A DNA stretch of 64,000 nucleotides, taken from IMG/VR virus record IMGVR_UViG_3300025608_000006; one strand, given 5' to 3'. Shown one piece after another: positions 11,561-20,966 of the stretch (positions within the stretch are counted from its first letter, which is position 1; every line of letters begins with the position of its first letter). Origin of the DNA: a virus (taxonomy: Duplodnaviria > Caudoviricetes). The notes beneath the pieces were generated by a model, which saw only the letters and a program-made list of their open reading frames with translations, searched no databases and was not told the origin of the DNA. The position numbers and the translations under genes were made by a program.

Positions 11561-11995
11561 TTAAAGCAAACCGTTTTCTTTATCAAATTTAAAACGTAAT
11601 TGATCTGTTATACCGAACGGTAAGACTGTTATTTTACAGTCAATCTGTATACCTTGTTCATAAGTGTCAATTAAAATGTCTTCTGCTTTTATTCTAGGAT
11701 CATAGTTTATAATACGAGTAACATCTTCAATGATTGCTTCTTGAACTTCAATTGTAAAAGGTTCGTATAAAATATCCCAAATGATTGTGCCAAATGTAGG
11801 ATCACTTAGTTTTTCAGTTTGGCGTATGTGAAAGTGATTGATTAGATCTTGTTTAATTAGTTCATAATCATATATACTAAAACTTTTAGCATCTGCAACT
11901 GTAGAAAATCCTCTATATTTTCTACCAGTAGACGCTGTTTGTAATGCAGTATTAACAGTTACACGCTTGTATAAGTTTTTTTCTAATTGGCTCAT
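11561..11995 (-). CDS. gp25: Baseplate wedge subunit gp25 (GPW/gp25 family)
   Basis: DYELIKQDLINHF...EKLSDPTFGTIIWDILYEPF...IINYDPRI is the gp25 signature; 144 aa. Confidence 0.9.
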   Translation of the reverse strand: MSQLEKNLYKRVTVNTALQTASTGRKYRGFSTVADAKSFSIYDYELIKQDLINHFHIRQTEKLSDPTFGTIIWDILYEPFTIEVQEAIIEDVTRIINYDPRIKAEDILIDTYEQGIQIDCKITVLPFGITDQLRFKFDKENGLL

Positions 11996-11999
11996 ACTA

Positions 12000-12006
12000 T
12001 ATTTAC
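12000..12006 (-). promoter_or_regulatory. Late-promoter-like box GTAAATA, 4 nt before the gp25 ATG
   Basis: Minus strand reads GTAAATA-TAGT-ATG; no Shine-Dalgarno visible. Confidence 0.55.
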
Positions 12007-12019
12007 CCTTTATTATACC

Positions 12020-14500
12020 CTATTCTGGCGTAGCAGAAGTTCTTACTGTCGACGTAGCAGCACTATTATCTGTCGGTTCAGAAGTTGGTGGATTGGCATT
12101 AGCTGCTGCAATTTCTTGTTCTAAACTTTTAAGTGCATCTGCTTCTTCGTTATGGAATCTGTTAACAACAGATTGACGAATTGCAGCAGTACTACTTCGA
12201 AAATATTTGCTTCCGTTTTCTGCTCTGCGTTCAGCATATATTGCTCTAAGCAAGGCAGCATCAGTAGGCGTTGTTGCAGTTATTTCATTTGGCGGGTAAC
12301 CTAAACTTGACAACGCACCACGGAATACATTTCTTGCGCCGCCTGGCCCATGTTGTATCGATGTTGAAAATACTGCTTGCTGTACTGTTCTAGCTCTTGT
12401 TGTAGAATCAAGTCCAGTTGCTTTATTAATTAATCTATTTGCAGGAGTAAAATATTGAATTGCAGTATATTCACTCTGTGCATTGCCGCCTTCTGCGGTT
12501 CCCATTGCCTGTGCCCATGCTGCTTTATATGCATCTGTTCCGGCTCTTCCTGCTGCTGCTCCGCCTGCTGCTGCTAACTGCGATTCTAAATCAGGATGTG
12601 CTGTTGCAAGCCAAGAATGGAATTCATTTAATGCACCTGTATTTGCTGCAAGTTGATATTTTCCGTAGCTCCAGCCGCCTGTGCTATCCCAGCCGATAAT
12701 TCCCGGATCGCCTTTAGATTCGTATTTTTCACTTAGTGCGCCAATATTAAAATCAAATGTATGAGTACTATTATAATTTCCTGGAGGGACAGATGCTTGC
12801 CCATTGCCACTTACTCTACTTTGTACTCCAGTACTAACATTGCCTCCACTGTTCGTTACATACGCACTGCTTGTGCGTCCTTGTAAGTTTTTATCAAACG
12901 TATCTGGTGTAACTATACGATCAGCTGATGGCAATCCACCAGGCTGTTCTCTATCTGTTTGTATTTTCTTAAATGACATCGGATCCATGTTTTCATGGTG
13001 AGGCCAAGGCTCGTGTTGAGGAGATCTTGTAAGTATAGTTTCGTATGGGCTAATAACTCCGCCTGGTCGCACACGTGGCAATGTGTGTGTACTCAGCGGT
13101 TGTACTGCTTTTGCCGGATTTGCTGTAGGTGCGTTAGGGCCATTCATATGAACATAAGTTGCTGTTTCTCTATGTTCTTTTGCACTGTTAATAAACGTGT
13201 TTGCGCCAGCAGTAAGTCTATTATCTTGTCCTGTTTTAAGATGTAACGTTTTTCCAGTTTCGATATGTTGCGTATCTTTTACTTTTATATGCTGACTTTG
13301 TCCTACAGTAATTTTACTGTCTTTGCCAACATGTAAATTAAAATTGTTTTTAGATTCAATTTGAACTCTGCCAGTTTCTCCACCTTTGGTGTTGCGTCCT
13401 GACGCTTTAATATTAACATTTCTGCCTGCTTCCATATTAATATCGCGTTCAGCAGTAATGTTAAGATCATTTTCCGTCATGATACTAACACTGTCTTGTG
13501 CATGAATATCAATTTTGCCATCACTGGTCATTTCGATCCATGTAGATCCACGAGCATTTCCAATGTAAATTAAATCTTCTGAATTATGCATTAGTATTTG
13601 ATGACCAGTTCTAGTTCTAAAACGCATTAATTCATTTTGTGGTATAGTTCTATCGCCGCCGGATTCGTTATTGCCTTTGTTTTTATAAACAGGCGGGCCA
13701 TCTTCTGCATGGGTTGTACGAACAAATCTTTCGTCGCCGTCATCCATAACAAATGCACTGCCGCCTAATCTATTGGACGGGACAACAACCTTATTTCCTA
13801 CTGTTCCAATTTCAACTGTTGGATGTCCGTCTCTTCGATCTTTAGGTCCGGGTGTGCTAATGCCAAATACTGCACTTGGCATTTCACGACGAGAGCTACT
13901 TGTAGTTGTTCCACGTACTTCATCATTAAGCAGACCTTGTATTTCTAAAGATTCTGCAAAGTCTTTGTTGTATGGTTTTGCAAACAAAGTAGGGTCTACT
14001 CTTGATCCTGTTTCGATCGATTTGTTGTATTCGCCTACTGGGAGTTTTCTGCCTTTTAAGGGAGGAGGAGTTATTCCTGTAGTATTCTCAGTCGATGCTT
14101 TGCCGTCGGGAACCATAAAGTTCATGTAATCTGCAGGAATGCATCCGATCCAGTAACCAAAGTTTGCATTACCTTCTGCAAACATTACTAGAACTTTTGT
14201 GCCTACGTCCGGCGGCACCATCCACATGCCGTATGATTTTTGTGTGTGTTCGTATCCATCATTGGCAGTAAGTGCAGCATTTGGCGTAACACCATAAAAC
14301 GGACTTAAATACCTTACGTTTAATAACTGTCCTGTACGTTCCGGTGACCCGCCTGCACTTGTATATTTTAGTAATTCAACAACTAAGCCGCCCATGTACC
14401 TAGTATCAAAATTATTAACAACTATAGCTTCATACGGGCCGCTGTCTTTAAATCCTGTTCTTAGTGTACTTGCTGTTCTTGTGTAATTTCCGTTTGCCAT
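12020..14500 (-). CDS. gp5: Baseplate central spike (gp5/VgrG-like) with C-terminal lysozyme-like domain
   Basis: N-terminal OB-fold motif GMWMVPPDVGTKVLVMFAEG, beta-helix repeats (GHQILMHNSED...INMEAGRNVNIKA), His-rich HEPWPHHEN, then LSEKYES...SYGKYQL muramidase-like motif. Confidence 0.8.
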   Translation of the reverse strand: MANGNYTRTASTLRTGFKDSGPYEAIVVNNFDTRYMGGLVVELLKYTSAGGSPERTGQLLNVRYLSPFYGVTPNAALTANDGYEHTQKSYGMWMVPPDVGTKVLVMFAEGNANFGYWIGCIPADYMNFMVPDGKASTENTTGITPPPLKGRKLPVGEYNKSIETGSRVDPTLFAKPYNKDFAESLEIQGLLNDEVRGTTTSSSRREMPSAVFGISTPGPKDRRDGHPTVEIGTVGNKVVVPSNRLGGSAFVMDDGDERFVRTTHAEDGPPVYKNKGNNESGGDRTIPQNELMRFRTRTGHQILMHNSEDLIYIGNARGSTWIEMTSDGKIDIHAQDSVSIMTENDLNITAERDINMEAGRNVNIKASGRNTKGGETGRVQIESKNNFNLHVGKDSKITVGQSQHIKVKDTQHIETGKTLHLKTGQDNRLTAGANTFINSAKEHRETATYVHMNGPNAPTANPAKAVQPLSTHTLPRVRPGGVISPYETILTRSPQHEPWPHHENMDPMSFKKIQTDREQPGGLPSADRIVTPDTFDKNLQGRTSSAYVTNSGGNVSTGVQSRVSGNGQASVPPGNYNSTHTFDFNIGALSEKYESKGDPGIIGWDSTGGWSYGKYQLAANTGALNEFHSWLATAHPDLESQLAAAGGAAAGRAGTDAYKAAWAQAMGTAEGGNAQSEYTAIQYFTPANRLINKATGLDSTTRARTVQQAVFSTSIQHGPGGARNVFRGALSSLGYPPNEITATTPTDAALLRAIYAERRAENGSKYFRSSTAAIRQSVVNRFHNEEADALKSLEQEIAAANANPPTSEPTDNSAATSTVRTSATPE

Positions 14501-14503
14501 TTA

Positions 14504-15847
14504 TTAGCCTGCGCCTCCGCTTAATGCTGCCTGTCGTTGCTTTAATAAACTTCCTGTTGCAGCAGTAGTTGTGCCAACAGGAATGCCACCATCAACAGGA
14601 GTTACTGGAGTGGAATCAGGAGCAACTGACGTTCCTGATACATTCATACTAGGGCCGCCTGAATTAGGTGTAAAAACTTTTTTACCACTATTAAAATCGT
14701 ATCTGTCAAATCCTCCTTCTAGTGGCTCGTATATATATACGTTTGGCCTACTGTTAGTCGGTGTTGTTGACTGCCCTGCTGTAGGCGTAGACGGTTCTTG
14801 AGTTACTGTAGTAGGTGCTGTGGAAGTAGCATCGGCTTGTCGTCTTGCTACTTCTGCTGCGCCGTTACCTCTACCGCCTCCAATGCCAGGAATTACTGAC
14901 GCTGGTGATGCGGCTGCTGCTCTTGCTTGTCTTATAATTGCATCATCATAAGGCATATTTGATGGCGGTGTTGCACCACTTCCATCTGCATTAGTAACTG
15001 GAGGATTGTTAGGCAGGCATGGATCAACTCCTGTACTTACGTTAGGAGAAAGACGAGTTGCTGTTGCACCGGCAGATGAACTTGCTGAAGACGAAGTAGT
15101 TGACGATGGCGTTGTTGGTCCAGGAGTTACAGACGCAGAAGCAGACGATGTTAGTGGTATAGGAGTATCACCTTTAGAATCAAACCTACTAGTAACTTCG
15201 CCTGTAGGAGATGCAGGTTGTGTAATCGGAGCGGCACCTTTAGAATCAAATCTACTACTAAGTTCTCCGGGTATAGTCTCACTTTCTGTAACTACACCCG
15301 CAGCACCTGGTTTAGCAGTTGTAGTAGTTACAGTAGTATTTCCTGTTGTTGCACTAGTCGTAGCTTCTGATTGTGTTTCTGGCCTACTGTCATCTCGTGC
15401 GGGGTCAGGAACATATACAGGAAGACCTTCAAATCTGTCTACTCTTATTCCGCCTTCAGGCATTCGTGTAAATTGGTCGTACTCTTTGCCCCAACGACTG
15501 CCAAAATCGTGGCGTAATGCAGAGTAATGGTCAATTAGTGGCATTATATCTGTTGTATTATTGCGAGTATCCCACTCGCCCATGTCTACATATCGTATTA
15601 CCCAGTAATTTTTGTTAGCAGGATAGGGTATATCTTCGCCTTCATTATCGATTACTATAACTAATCCAGACTCTCCTTTTCTTAAAAATATTTGGCCGGC
15701 ATGTTCATACAAATCGTCAACATTTTGAAAACAAAGTTGTCCGAGGCTATTTCTCCAAGGCGTTGTTGGACTAACTTCAACCGAACTTTCTTGATCTAAA
15801 ATATTTCTTGCTTCTTCTGGTAAACCGCCGTCGTCTTCATCTGCCAT
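14504..15847 (-). CDS. Hypothetical Ser/Thr/Pro/Ala-rich baseplate-cluster protein
   Basis: 447-aa ORF tightly packed between hub and spike genes; low-complexity C-terminal two-thirds; internal duplicated motif GE(L/V)(S/T)SRFDSKG. Confidence 0.75.
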   Translation of the reverse strand: MADEDDGGLPEEARNILDQESSVEVSPTTPWRNSLGQLCFQNVDDLYEHAGQIFLRKGESGLVIVIDNEGEDIPYPANKNYWVIRYVDMGEWDTRNNTTDIMPLIDHYSALRHDFGSRWGKEYDQFTRMPEGGIRVDRFEGLPVYVPDPARDDSRPETQSEATTSATTGNTTVTTTTAKPGAAGVVTESETIPGELSSRFDSKGAAPITQPASPTGEVTSRFDSKGDTPIPLTSSASASVTPGPTTPSSTTSSSASSSAGATATRLSPNVSTGVDPCLPNNPPVTNADGSGATPPSNMPYDDAIIRQARAAAASPASVIPGIGGGRGNGAAEVARRQADATSTAPTTVTQEPSTPTAGQSTTPTNSRPNVYIYEPLEGGFDRYDFNSGKKVFTPNSGGPSMNVSGTSVAPDSTPVTPVDGGIPVGTTTAATGSLLKQRQAALSGGAG

Positions 15848-15851
15848 TATT

Positions 15852-18824
15852 TTATCCTAATAAACTTTTAATTTTAGATTTTGCTGCACCAGTAGCTGCT
15901 GCAATTCCTTGATTTGCAGCATTATTTACTGCTGATTGTGCTTGATTTGCTGCGGCTCTGGCTTGACTTTCAAGACTGCCTAGAGCAGATTGTGCATCAC
16001 CTAAAGCTCCTTTTAGATCTGCGCCTGCACCTCCAAATGCATCAAGTCCTGGTATAACTTTTGTTAAATCCGTTAATTTAGCAACACCAACATCTGCACC
16101 TTCTATCGCTTGTGTAAATTGACTTCCTACTCCAGCAACTTGTTCTTCAAGATTAGCAAGCGGAGCTGTTAACTTTGCTGCTACATCTTGTGGAACTGCC
16201 GGCATTAAATTTCTAATATCGTCTTTGGACGGAGTAGGCATACAATCTGTACTAGGTTGTCCGCTTTGTCCTACTGTGCCATCTGATTTTGTAGTTTGGT
16301 TAGCAAGGGCTGCGGCATTATCAACTTGTATTAGATTATTGTTCCCTGTAGATGCCTCGTCATCTTGACCTCGACGTCTGATCATTTTAAGAGTTTGAGT
16401 AAATTTGCCGCCACTAAAATTATTAGTCACTGCCCATATTTGAAATAACCCACTGAATCCTGGAACAGCCTGCGGCATTTCCATAGTTGCACCTGTAACT
16501 TGATAGTCGAAAGGAGTTTTAAAATTAACCACACAAATTACAGGACCTTGAGTATACTCCATAGTTCCATCTTGTGACAGTCCTGGACGTCCACTATTTG
16601 GTGCGGTATAATTACCAGTTTGTTGTGGAAGAAAGAATGGATCTCCCATAATTTCCATTTCAGCAGTTACCATATCAACATTCATATTTGTAATTCTGTC
16701 GTGAAAGTGTTCAGCAATCTGACGACGTACATCATTACTAAGAGTGCCTACTGGATCTGCTAGTCTATTTTTTAACGCTACTGCCGGCTGTGCTTCGTCA
16801 TTGGTTTTTCTATCACTATCTTTTTTTGCAGAGGCGCCGCTTGGAGTATTATCTTGAGTAGATGCTGTTTTGCCGGCATCTACATCCATAATAGACCCTG
16901 CGCCCATACCAAAGTCTGAAGTTGCTGTCATTAAAAATGCATTATTAAAGTTAATATCAAAATTTAACACATCTTCATTTTTTCCAGTATAGATATAGTT
17001 GTATTCTTTTATAGCAGATTCTCTTAGTCCTTTGGTGTTTGCAGGAGCAGAATTTGGAGACATTGTAACTGCTTCATCAACTTCATAAGGAACAATACTA
17101 TACACATAAACCTTTGGCTTGCGGCCGACCTGTTTTTCTGTACTATCACTGTCATCAATAAACACCTGTGTATCAATTCTAAACCATTTGTTTAAACCAT
17201 TAGTTGCACCTTCAGTGGAACGTTCGGCTGCATATTTAGATTGCAGTACCATTCGTTCAATAATACTAGTAATTTGTTCGCCTTGACTAAACTGAAAGTC
17301 TCTCGACACTGTTGCAGGCTGTGCAGCAACAGAAGTAGTGTCAACTAAATTAGTATCAGGATTAACTACCGCTCCTGCTTCTGCTTCGCTCGTGTTGCCA
17401 GGAGCATTAGTGTCTTCGTTGAGAGGACTTAAACCAATTTCATTCATTAAATCAGTGTTTTCAGCAAACGATTTTAATACAGCATATGTGTCTGTAGATT
17501 GTTGTATAGTTACAATTTTAGGATTAAACGAAGATCGAAGTCTTGGGTTATTTGCTCCTGCACCTGTACGCTGTGCTTCTTGTTCTTCTGGCGAAGTAGT
17601 AAATGCACTTTCGTCTATTCTTCCTGTTTTGAGTGCATCAACTAAAGAAGTTGGGTTTTTTGGGAAACATATTACATACCTGTCAAATTTTGAAAGAGCA
17701 CTAGATTGTTCTAAACTTTCTATCTGGCCGTTGATTGCATTTGTTAATGAATTATCGTTAGTTTCAAGCACTTGATGCAGAAGTGTTCCGTTAGATCTTA
17801 TTTGTGTGTTAATTGTATTGACATCGTCTGCAAGTCCTGATTCACTCATGGGAATTGCTTTAACTTCATACTTACTTCCTTGCCCGCTTACATTAAAATC
17901 CATATTAACAAATTTTATAGGTATAAAAATAGGACGTTGAAGGTTATTAGAATCAGTTGTGCCATCTAAATTCCAACCGTTAAAATCAATTCTTATGCAA
18001 AAAGGAGCGTTAGTATAACTACTGTATCCAGCAGCAGCCGCTGCTGTGATTATAGCTTGTATAAAATTGCCCATACTATATGGCTCAGTTACTGTGAATC
18101 TTAATGAAGTTCCAAGAGAAACCCGTGTATTAGGATTAGGAGCAACAACTGCATCCATCTCAAAATCGTCTATATAGTATTCTGCATGATCACTGTTTCC
18201 GGCACCAGTTTCATCAAATACCTGAACACGTTTATCTAAGTTTCCGCCAGACGATTGTATAATATAATTGGTAAATCCTCCAGAACTTCTATAACTTTCT
18301 GGATTGTTATATTCAGATGCACTGAGTACACCTAGTGTAATTGAATAATTAAATCCGTTGTGATTTCTTAACGGATTAGGTATTCTACTAGCAGAAGTGT
18401 CGTCTCCTGCATATGGAGCTCTGTTTCCCCTGTCTGCAAACTCAGTATATGCACTGCGTTCGGATAGTTCTCTATATTGTGATAGTGTTAATGCATATTC
18501 TTCGCCTGTAAGTCCAGCTAAATCTGCTATACCTCTTTCTACAATTTTTAAAGGATTGTTTGCTAATCCTGTTAGTTCTTCTGCATTAGCAATCAGGCCA
18601 CCTAGTTTGTTTTGAATTCCTCCGAAAAGATCTCCGCCAAATGCTCCGCCGAGTTTGCTAGTTGCTGCACCTAATAAAGCACCTTTTACATCGCCACCAC
18701 TTAATGCTGTATTAATTAACTGACCGCCTACTCCAGGAACAGCAGATCCAATACGCTGACTAACACTGCTTACCACAGAAGATTTTAAACTACTTTTTAA
18801 AGATGCACCTAGGTTAATTGCCAT
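15852..18824 (-). CDS. Baseplate hub protein (gp27-like, inferred)
   Basis: 990 aa, between gp53 and gp5 in a baseplate operon; AEMEIMGDPFF...GLFQIWAVTNNFSGGKFTQTLKMIR resembles phage hub/late-control-D C-termini. Confidence 0.55.
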   Translation of the reverse strand: MAINLGASLKSSLKSSVVSSVSQRIGSAVPGVGGQLINTALSGGDVKGALLGAATSKLGGAFGGDLFGGIQNKLGGLIANAEELTGLANNPLKIVERGIADLAGLTGEEYALTLSQYRELSERSAYTEFADRGNRAPYAGDDTSASRIPNPLRNHNGFNYSITLGVLSASEYNNPESYRSSGGFTNYIIQSSGGNLDKRVQVFDETGAGNSDHAEYYIDDFEMDAVVAPNPNTRVSLGTSLRFTVTEPYSMGNFIQAIITAAAAAGYSSYTNAPFCIRIDFNGWNLDGTTDSNNLQRPIFIPIKFVNMDFNVSGQGSKYEVKAIPMSESGLADDVNTINTQIRSNGTLLHQVLETNDNSLTNAINGQIESLEQSSALSKFDRYVICFPKNPTSLVDALKTGRIDESAFTTSPEEQEAQRTGAGANNPRLRSSFNPKIVTIQQSTDTYAVLKSFAENTDLMNEIGLSPLNEDTNAPGNTSEAEAGAVVNPDTNLVDTTSVAAQPATVSRDFQFSQGEQITSIIERMVLQSKYAAERSTEGATNGLNKWFRIDTQVFIDDSDSTEKQVGRKPKVYVYSIVPYEVDEAVTMSPNSAPANTKGLRESAIKEYNYIYTGKNEDVLNFDINFNNAFLMTATSDFGMGAGSIMDVDAGKTASTQDNTPSGASAKKDSDRKTNDEAQPAVALKNRLADPVGTLSNDVRRQIAEHFHDRITNMNVDMVTAEMEIMGDPFFLPQQTGNYTAPNSGRPGLSQDGTMEYTQGPVICVVNFKTPFDYQVTGATMEMPQAVPGFSGLFQIWAVTNNFSGGKFTQTLKMIRRRGQDDEASTGNNNLIQVDNAAALANQTTKSDGTVGQSGQPSTDCMPTPSKDDIRNLMPAVPQDVAAKLTAPLANLEEQVAGVGSQFTQAIEGADVGVAKLTDLTKVIPGLDAFGGAGADLKGALGDAQSALGSLESQARAAANQAQSAVNNAANQGIAAATGAAKSKIKSLLG

Positions 18825-18825
18825 T

Positions 18826-19125
18826 TTAGAATCCTAAAGTATTGCGCAGTGCTGTTGGATCGGGTAGATAAATTTTTGTTCCTGCTACAAAATCAAATAC
18901 AGGATCCTTTAGAACGTCCAAGTTTCTCTGTGCAAATACCCACCACAATTCTTTTTTACCGTAAGTAATGTGTGCTAATAAATCTGGGCGATATGTATAT
19001 TCTGATGTTATTTCAAAAAGAATATCTTCTCTATTAATAGGAACAGGACGCGGCGATAAAACATCTAAGTATCCGTTTTCATTAATAGGCGTTCTTGCGT
19101 ACTGACTTAAACTGGTGTTTTTCAT
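18826..19125 (-). CDS. gp53: Baseplate wedge protein gp53 (LysM-like)
   Basis: YTYRPDLLAHITYGKKELWWVFAQRN...GTKIYLP is the gp53/LysM pattern. Confidence 0.8.
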   Translation of the reverse strand: MKNTSLSQYARTPINENGYLDVLSPRPVPINREDILFEITSEYTYRPDLLAHITYGKKELWWVFAQRNLDVLKDPVFDFVAGTKIYLPDPTALRNTLGF

Positions 19126-19976
19126 TATACAAATCCTTCCGGACCGTTAACATGGCCGCCGCCTGCGAATTCATTTAAATTAAATCCTGCTTGCGAACGT
19201 CTTGCGTACTGAGGTTGTAGTGTGACTGTTATCGCACTCTGTGTTGGTACATAGTTTACCATTCCATTTACAGTACATTGTATATAATCTACATCTACTG
19301 GCAAGTCTGTTGTAAAGTTTGTAATTACAACAGGAATATCATTCAATACATGTTTACCGTAACCGTTTAGTCTACAAACCACTGGTGGATTACCTAGCGG
19401 AGTACTATTACCGTAAAACATTTTGGTTGCTGTTCTTAAAAAGTGCAAACAAGCAATCCAATATTTTGCATCGTTTTCATTTTCTTGATAAAATTCACCT
19501 GTAATAGTAATTGCATCAACTTGACTATTTTCATATGCATTATAGGGATAGTTAGTATGTGTAGGTTGTATTTGGCTATAATTTGCACTGTGACTTAATA
19601 GTACTGTAGGATTGAATGGAAATATCATTCTGTTTCCTGTGTTAAACGCACTCGATCCACTTGATTCTCTTAGAGGTGCTAGTATATCACCTTCATCTAA
19701 TATCACAGAAGGAACTTCTATACTTACTCTCCAGTCGCTTGGATCGGAAACACTATTATTAGGCGAAATAACTGCTCTAGAAATAGTTCTATTATTAATA
19801 GATGATCCGAATCCGCCAGTTTCATTAATGAAATTTGCAGCAAGTTTACCAAGAGGTCCTAAACTACCTAACTTATTGTTGATAGTTTCGCCGATGGCGC
19901 CTTTGACAGCACCTTTTGCATCATTTACAATACTGCTGACAAAATTGCTCGAATCGAAATTAATTTTAAATGGCAT
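19125..19976 (-). CDS. Baseplate-tail tube junction protein (gp48/gp54-like tube fold)
   Basis: IFPFNPTVLLSHSANY...AITITGEF...PPVVCRLNGYGKHVLNDIPVVITNFT is typical of tube-initiator proteins; SD AGGAGA upstream. Confidence 0.65.
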   Translation of the reverse strand: MPFKINFDSSNFVSSIVNDAKGAVKGAIGETINNKLGSLGPLGKLAANFINETGGFGSSINNRTISRAVISPNNSVSDPSDWRVSIEVPSVILDEGDILAPLRESSGSSAFNTGNRMIFPFNPTVLLSHSANYSQIQPTHTNYPYNAYENSQVDAITITGEFYQENENDAKYWIACLHFLRTATKMFYGNSTPLGNPPVVCRLNGYGKHVLNDIPVVITNFTTDLPVDVDYIQCTVNGMVNYVPTQSAITVTLQPQYARRSQAGFNLNEFAGGGHVNGPEGFV

Positions 19977-19999
19977 ATTTAATTTATCTCCTACAATAC

Positions 20000-20006
20000 T
20001 ATTTAG
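20000..20006 (-). promoter_or_regulatory. Variant late box CTAAATA heading the baseplate operon
   Basis: Abuts the -35 of the divergent sigma70 promoter; followed by SD AGGAGA and the 19976 ATG. Confidence 0.45.
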
Positions 20007-20035
20007 TTGACAAAATTAAGTATGTATATTATAAT
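20007..20035 (+). promoter_or_regulatory. Perfect consensus sigma70 promoter for gp55
   Basis: TTGACA (20007-20012), 17-nt spacer, TATAAT (20030-20035). Confidence 0.9.
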
Positions 20036-20060
20036 AAGTATAACATAACCGGAGATGTCA

Positions 20061-20909
20061 ATGAGACCTAAAAATTATCTAAACAATAAAGATATATTAA
20101 AAGAAATACACAAATCAAAAAATAAGTTCAACAGTTATCTTGCACCTGAATATGCAGATTACGACATTATTCTGCCAAGTGTAGATAAAATTAATCGATT
20201 AACTGTTGCAGAGGCGAAGCGTAACAAAGCAAAAAAGCTATCATCTGCTGAATACGAGCGCAGAAAAGGGTTAGGACACAAAGTTAAACAAGCAGAATGC
20301 GAAACAAAACCTACAGAAATTACTAAAGAAGAATTAATCTTCCGTGTAATGACGTTTGATCATATTCCTGAAGAGCCGGGACGTAAAAAGAACCCAAAGA
20401 CAGTAGCAGACACTCGAGTTAAACTTCCGTTTCCTCCGTTTCATCATTACAAGTATAACGAAGACGGTGAAATTGTTCTTGTTGGAAAAAGCCACTGGGT
20501 AGGCGGTATGGACAACGGACATTTTAGTCATCAACACGGTAAAGCAACTGACAAACTTGCTATGATGTGGTTAAAACTCGTAGATAGATATGCAACTCGT
20601 GGCAATGTTCGCGGATATACTTACAATGACGAGATGAAAGGACAAGCAATACTGCAATTGGCGCAGATTGGGTTGCAGTTTGACGAATCTAAGTCAGATA
20701 ATCCATTTGCATACTATACAGCCGCCGTTACTAACAGTTTTGTGCGTGTTATCAACATAGAAAAGCGCAATCAAAACATTAGAGACGATATTCTAGAAAT
20801 GAATGATCTATCGCCGAGCTACACAAGACAAAATCAAGGCGAATGGGAAGCAAGTGTTAAGCGGAATGAAGATGCTTCACCAACTGCGTATACAAATTCC
20901 AAAAAATAG
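20061..20909 (+). CDS. gp55: Late-transcription sigma factor, T4 gp55-like
   Basis: YLNNKDILKEI and RGYTYNDEMKGQAILQL...FDESKSDNPFAYYT...SFVRVINIEKR match gp55. Start set at ATG 20061 because SD GGAG (20051-20054) abuts ATG 20055. Confidence 0.85.
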   Translation: MRPKNYLNNKDILKEIHKSKNKFNSYLAPEYADYDIILPSVDKINRLTVAEAKRNKAKKLSSAEYERRKGLGHKVKQAECETKPTEITKEELIFRVMTFDHIPEEPGRKKNPKTVADTRVKLPFPPFHHYKYNEDGEIVLVGKSHWVGGMDNGHFSHQHGKATDKLAMMWLKLVDRYATRGNVRGYTYNDEMKGQAILQLAQIGLQFDESKSDNPFAYYTAAVTNSFVRVINIEKRNQNIRDDILEMNDLSPSYTRQNQGEWEASVKRNEDASPTAYTNSKK

Positions 20910-20910
20910 G

Positions 20911-20939
20911 TTGACTACTGTTAATTTTTGTTATATACT
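20911..20939 (+). promoter_or_regulatory. Near-consensus sigma70 promoter for gp47/gp46
   Basis: TTGACT (20911-20916), 17-nt spacer, TATACT (20934-20939). Confidence 0.8.
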
Positions 20940-20966
20940 TTAACAAGTATATATGGAGGATACTCT

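Noticed and set aside
15006-15527. 173-aa plus-strand ORF
   Set aside because: Antisense to the low-complexity 447-aa gene in a coherent minus-strand operon.
20928-20966. ORF-track start for gp47 at 20928
   Set aside because: Lies inside the promoter; SD GGAGGA supports TTG 20967.
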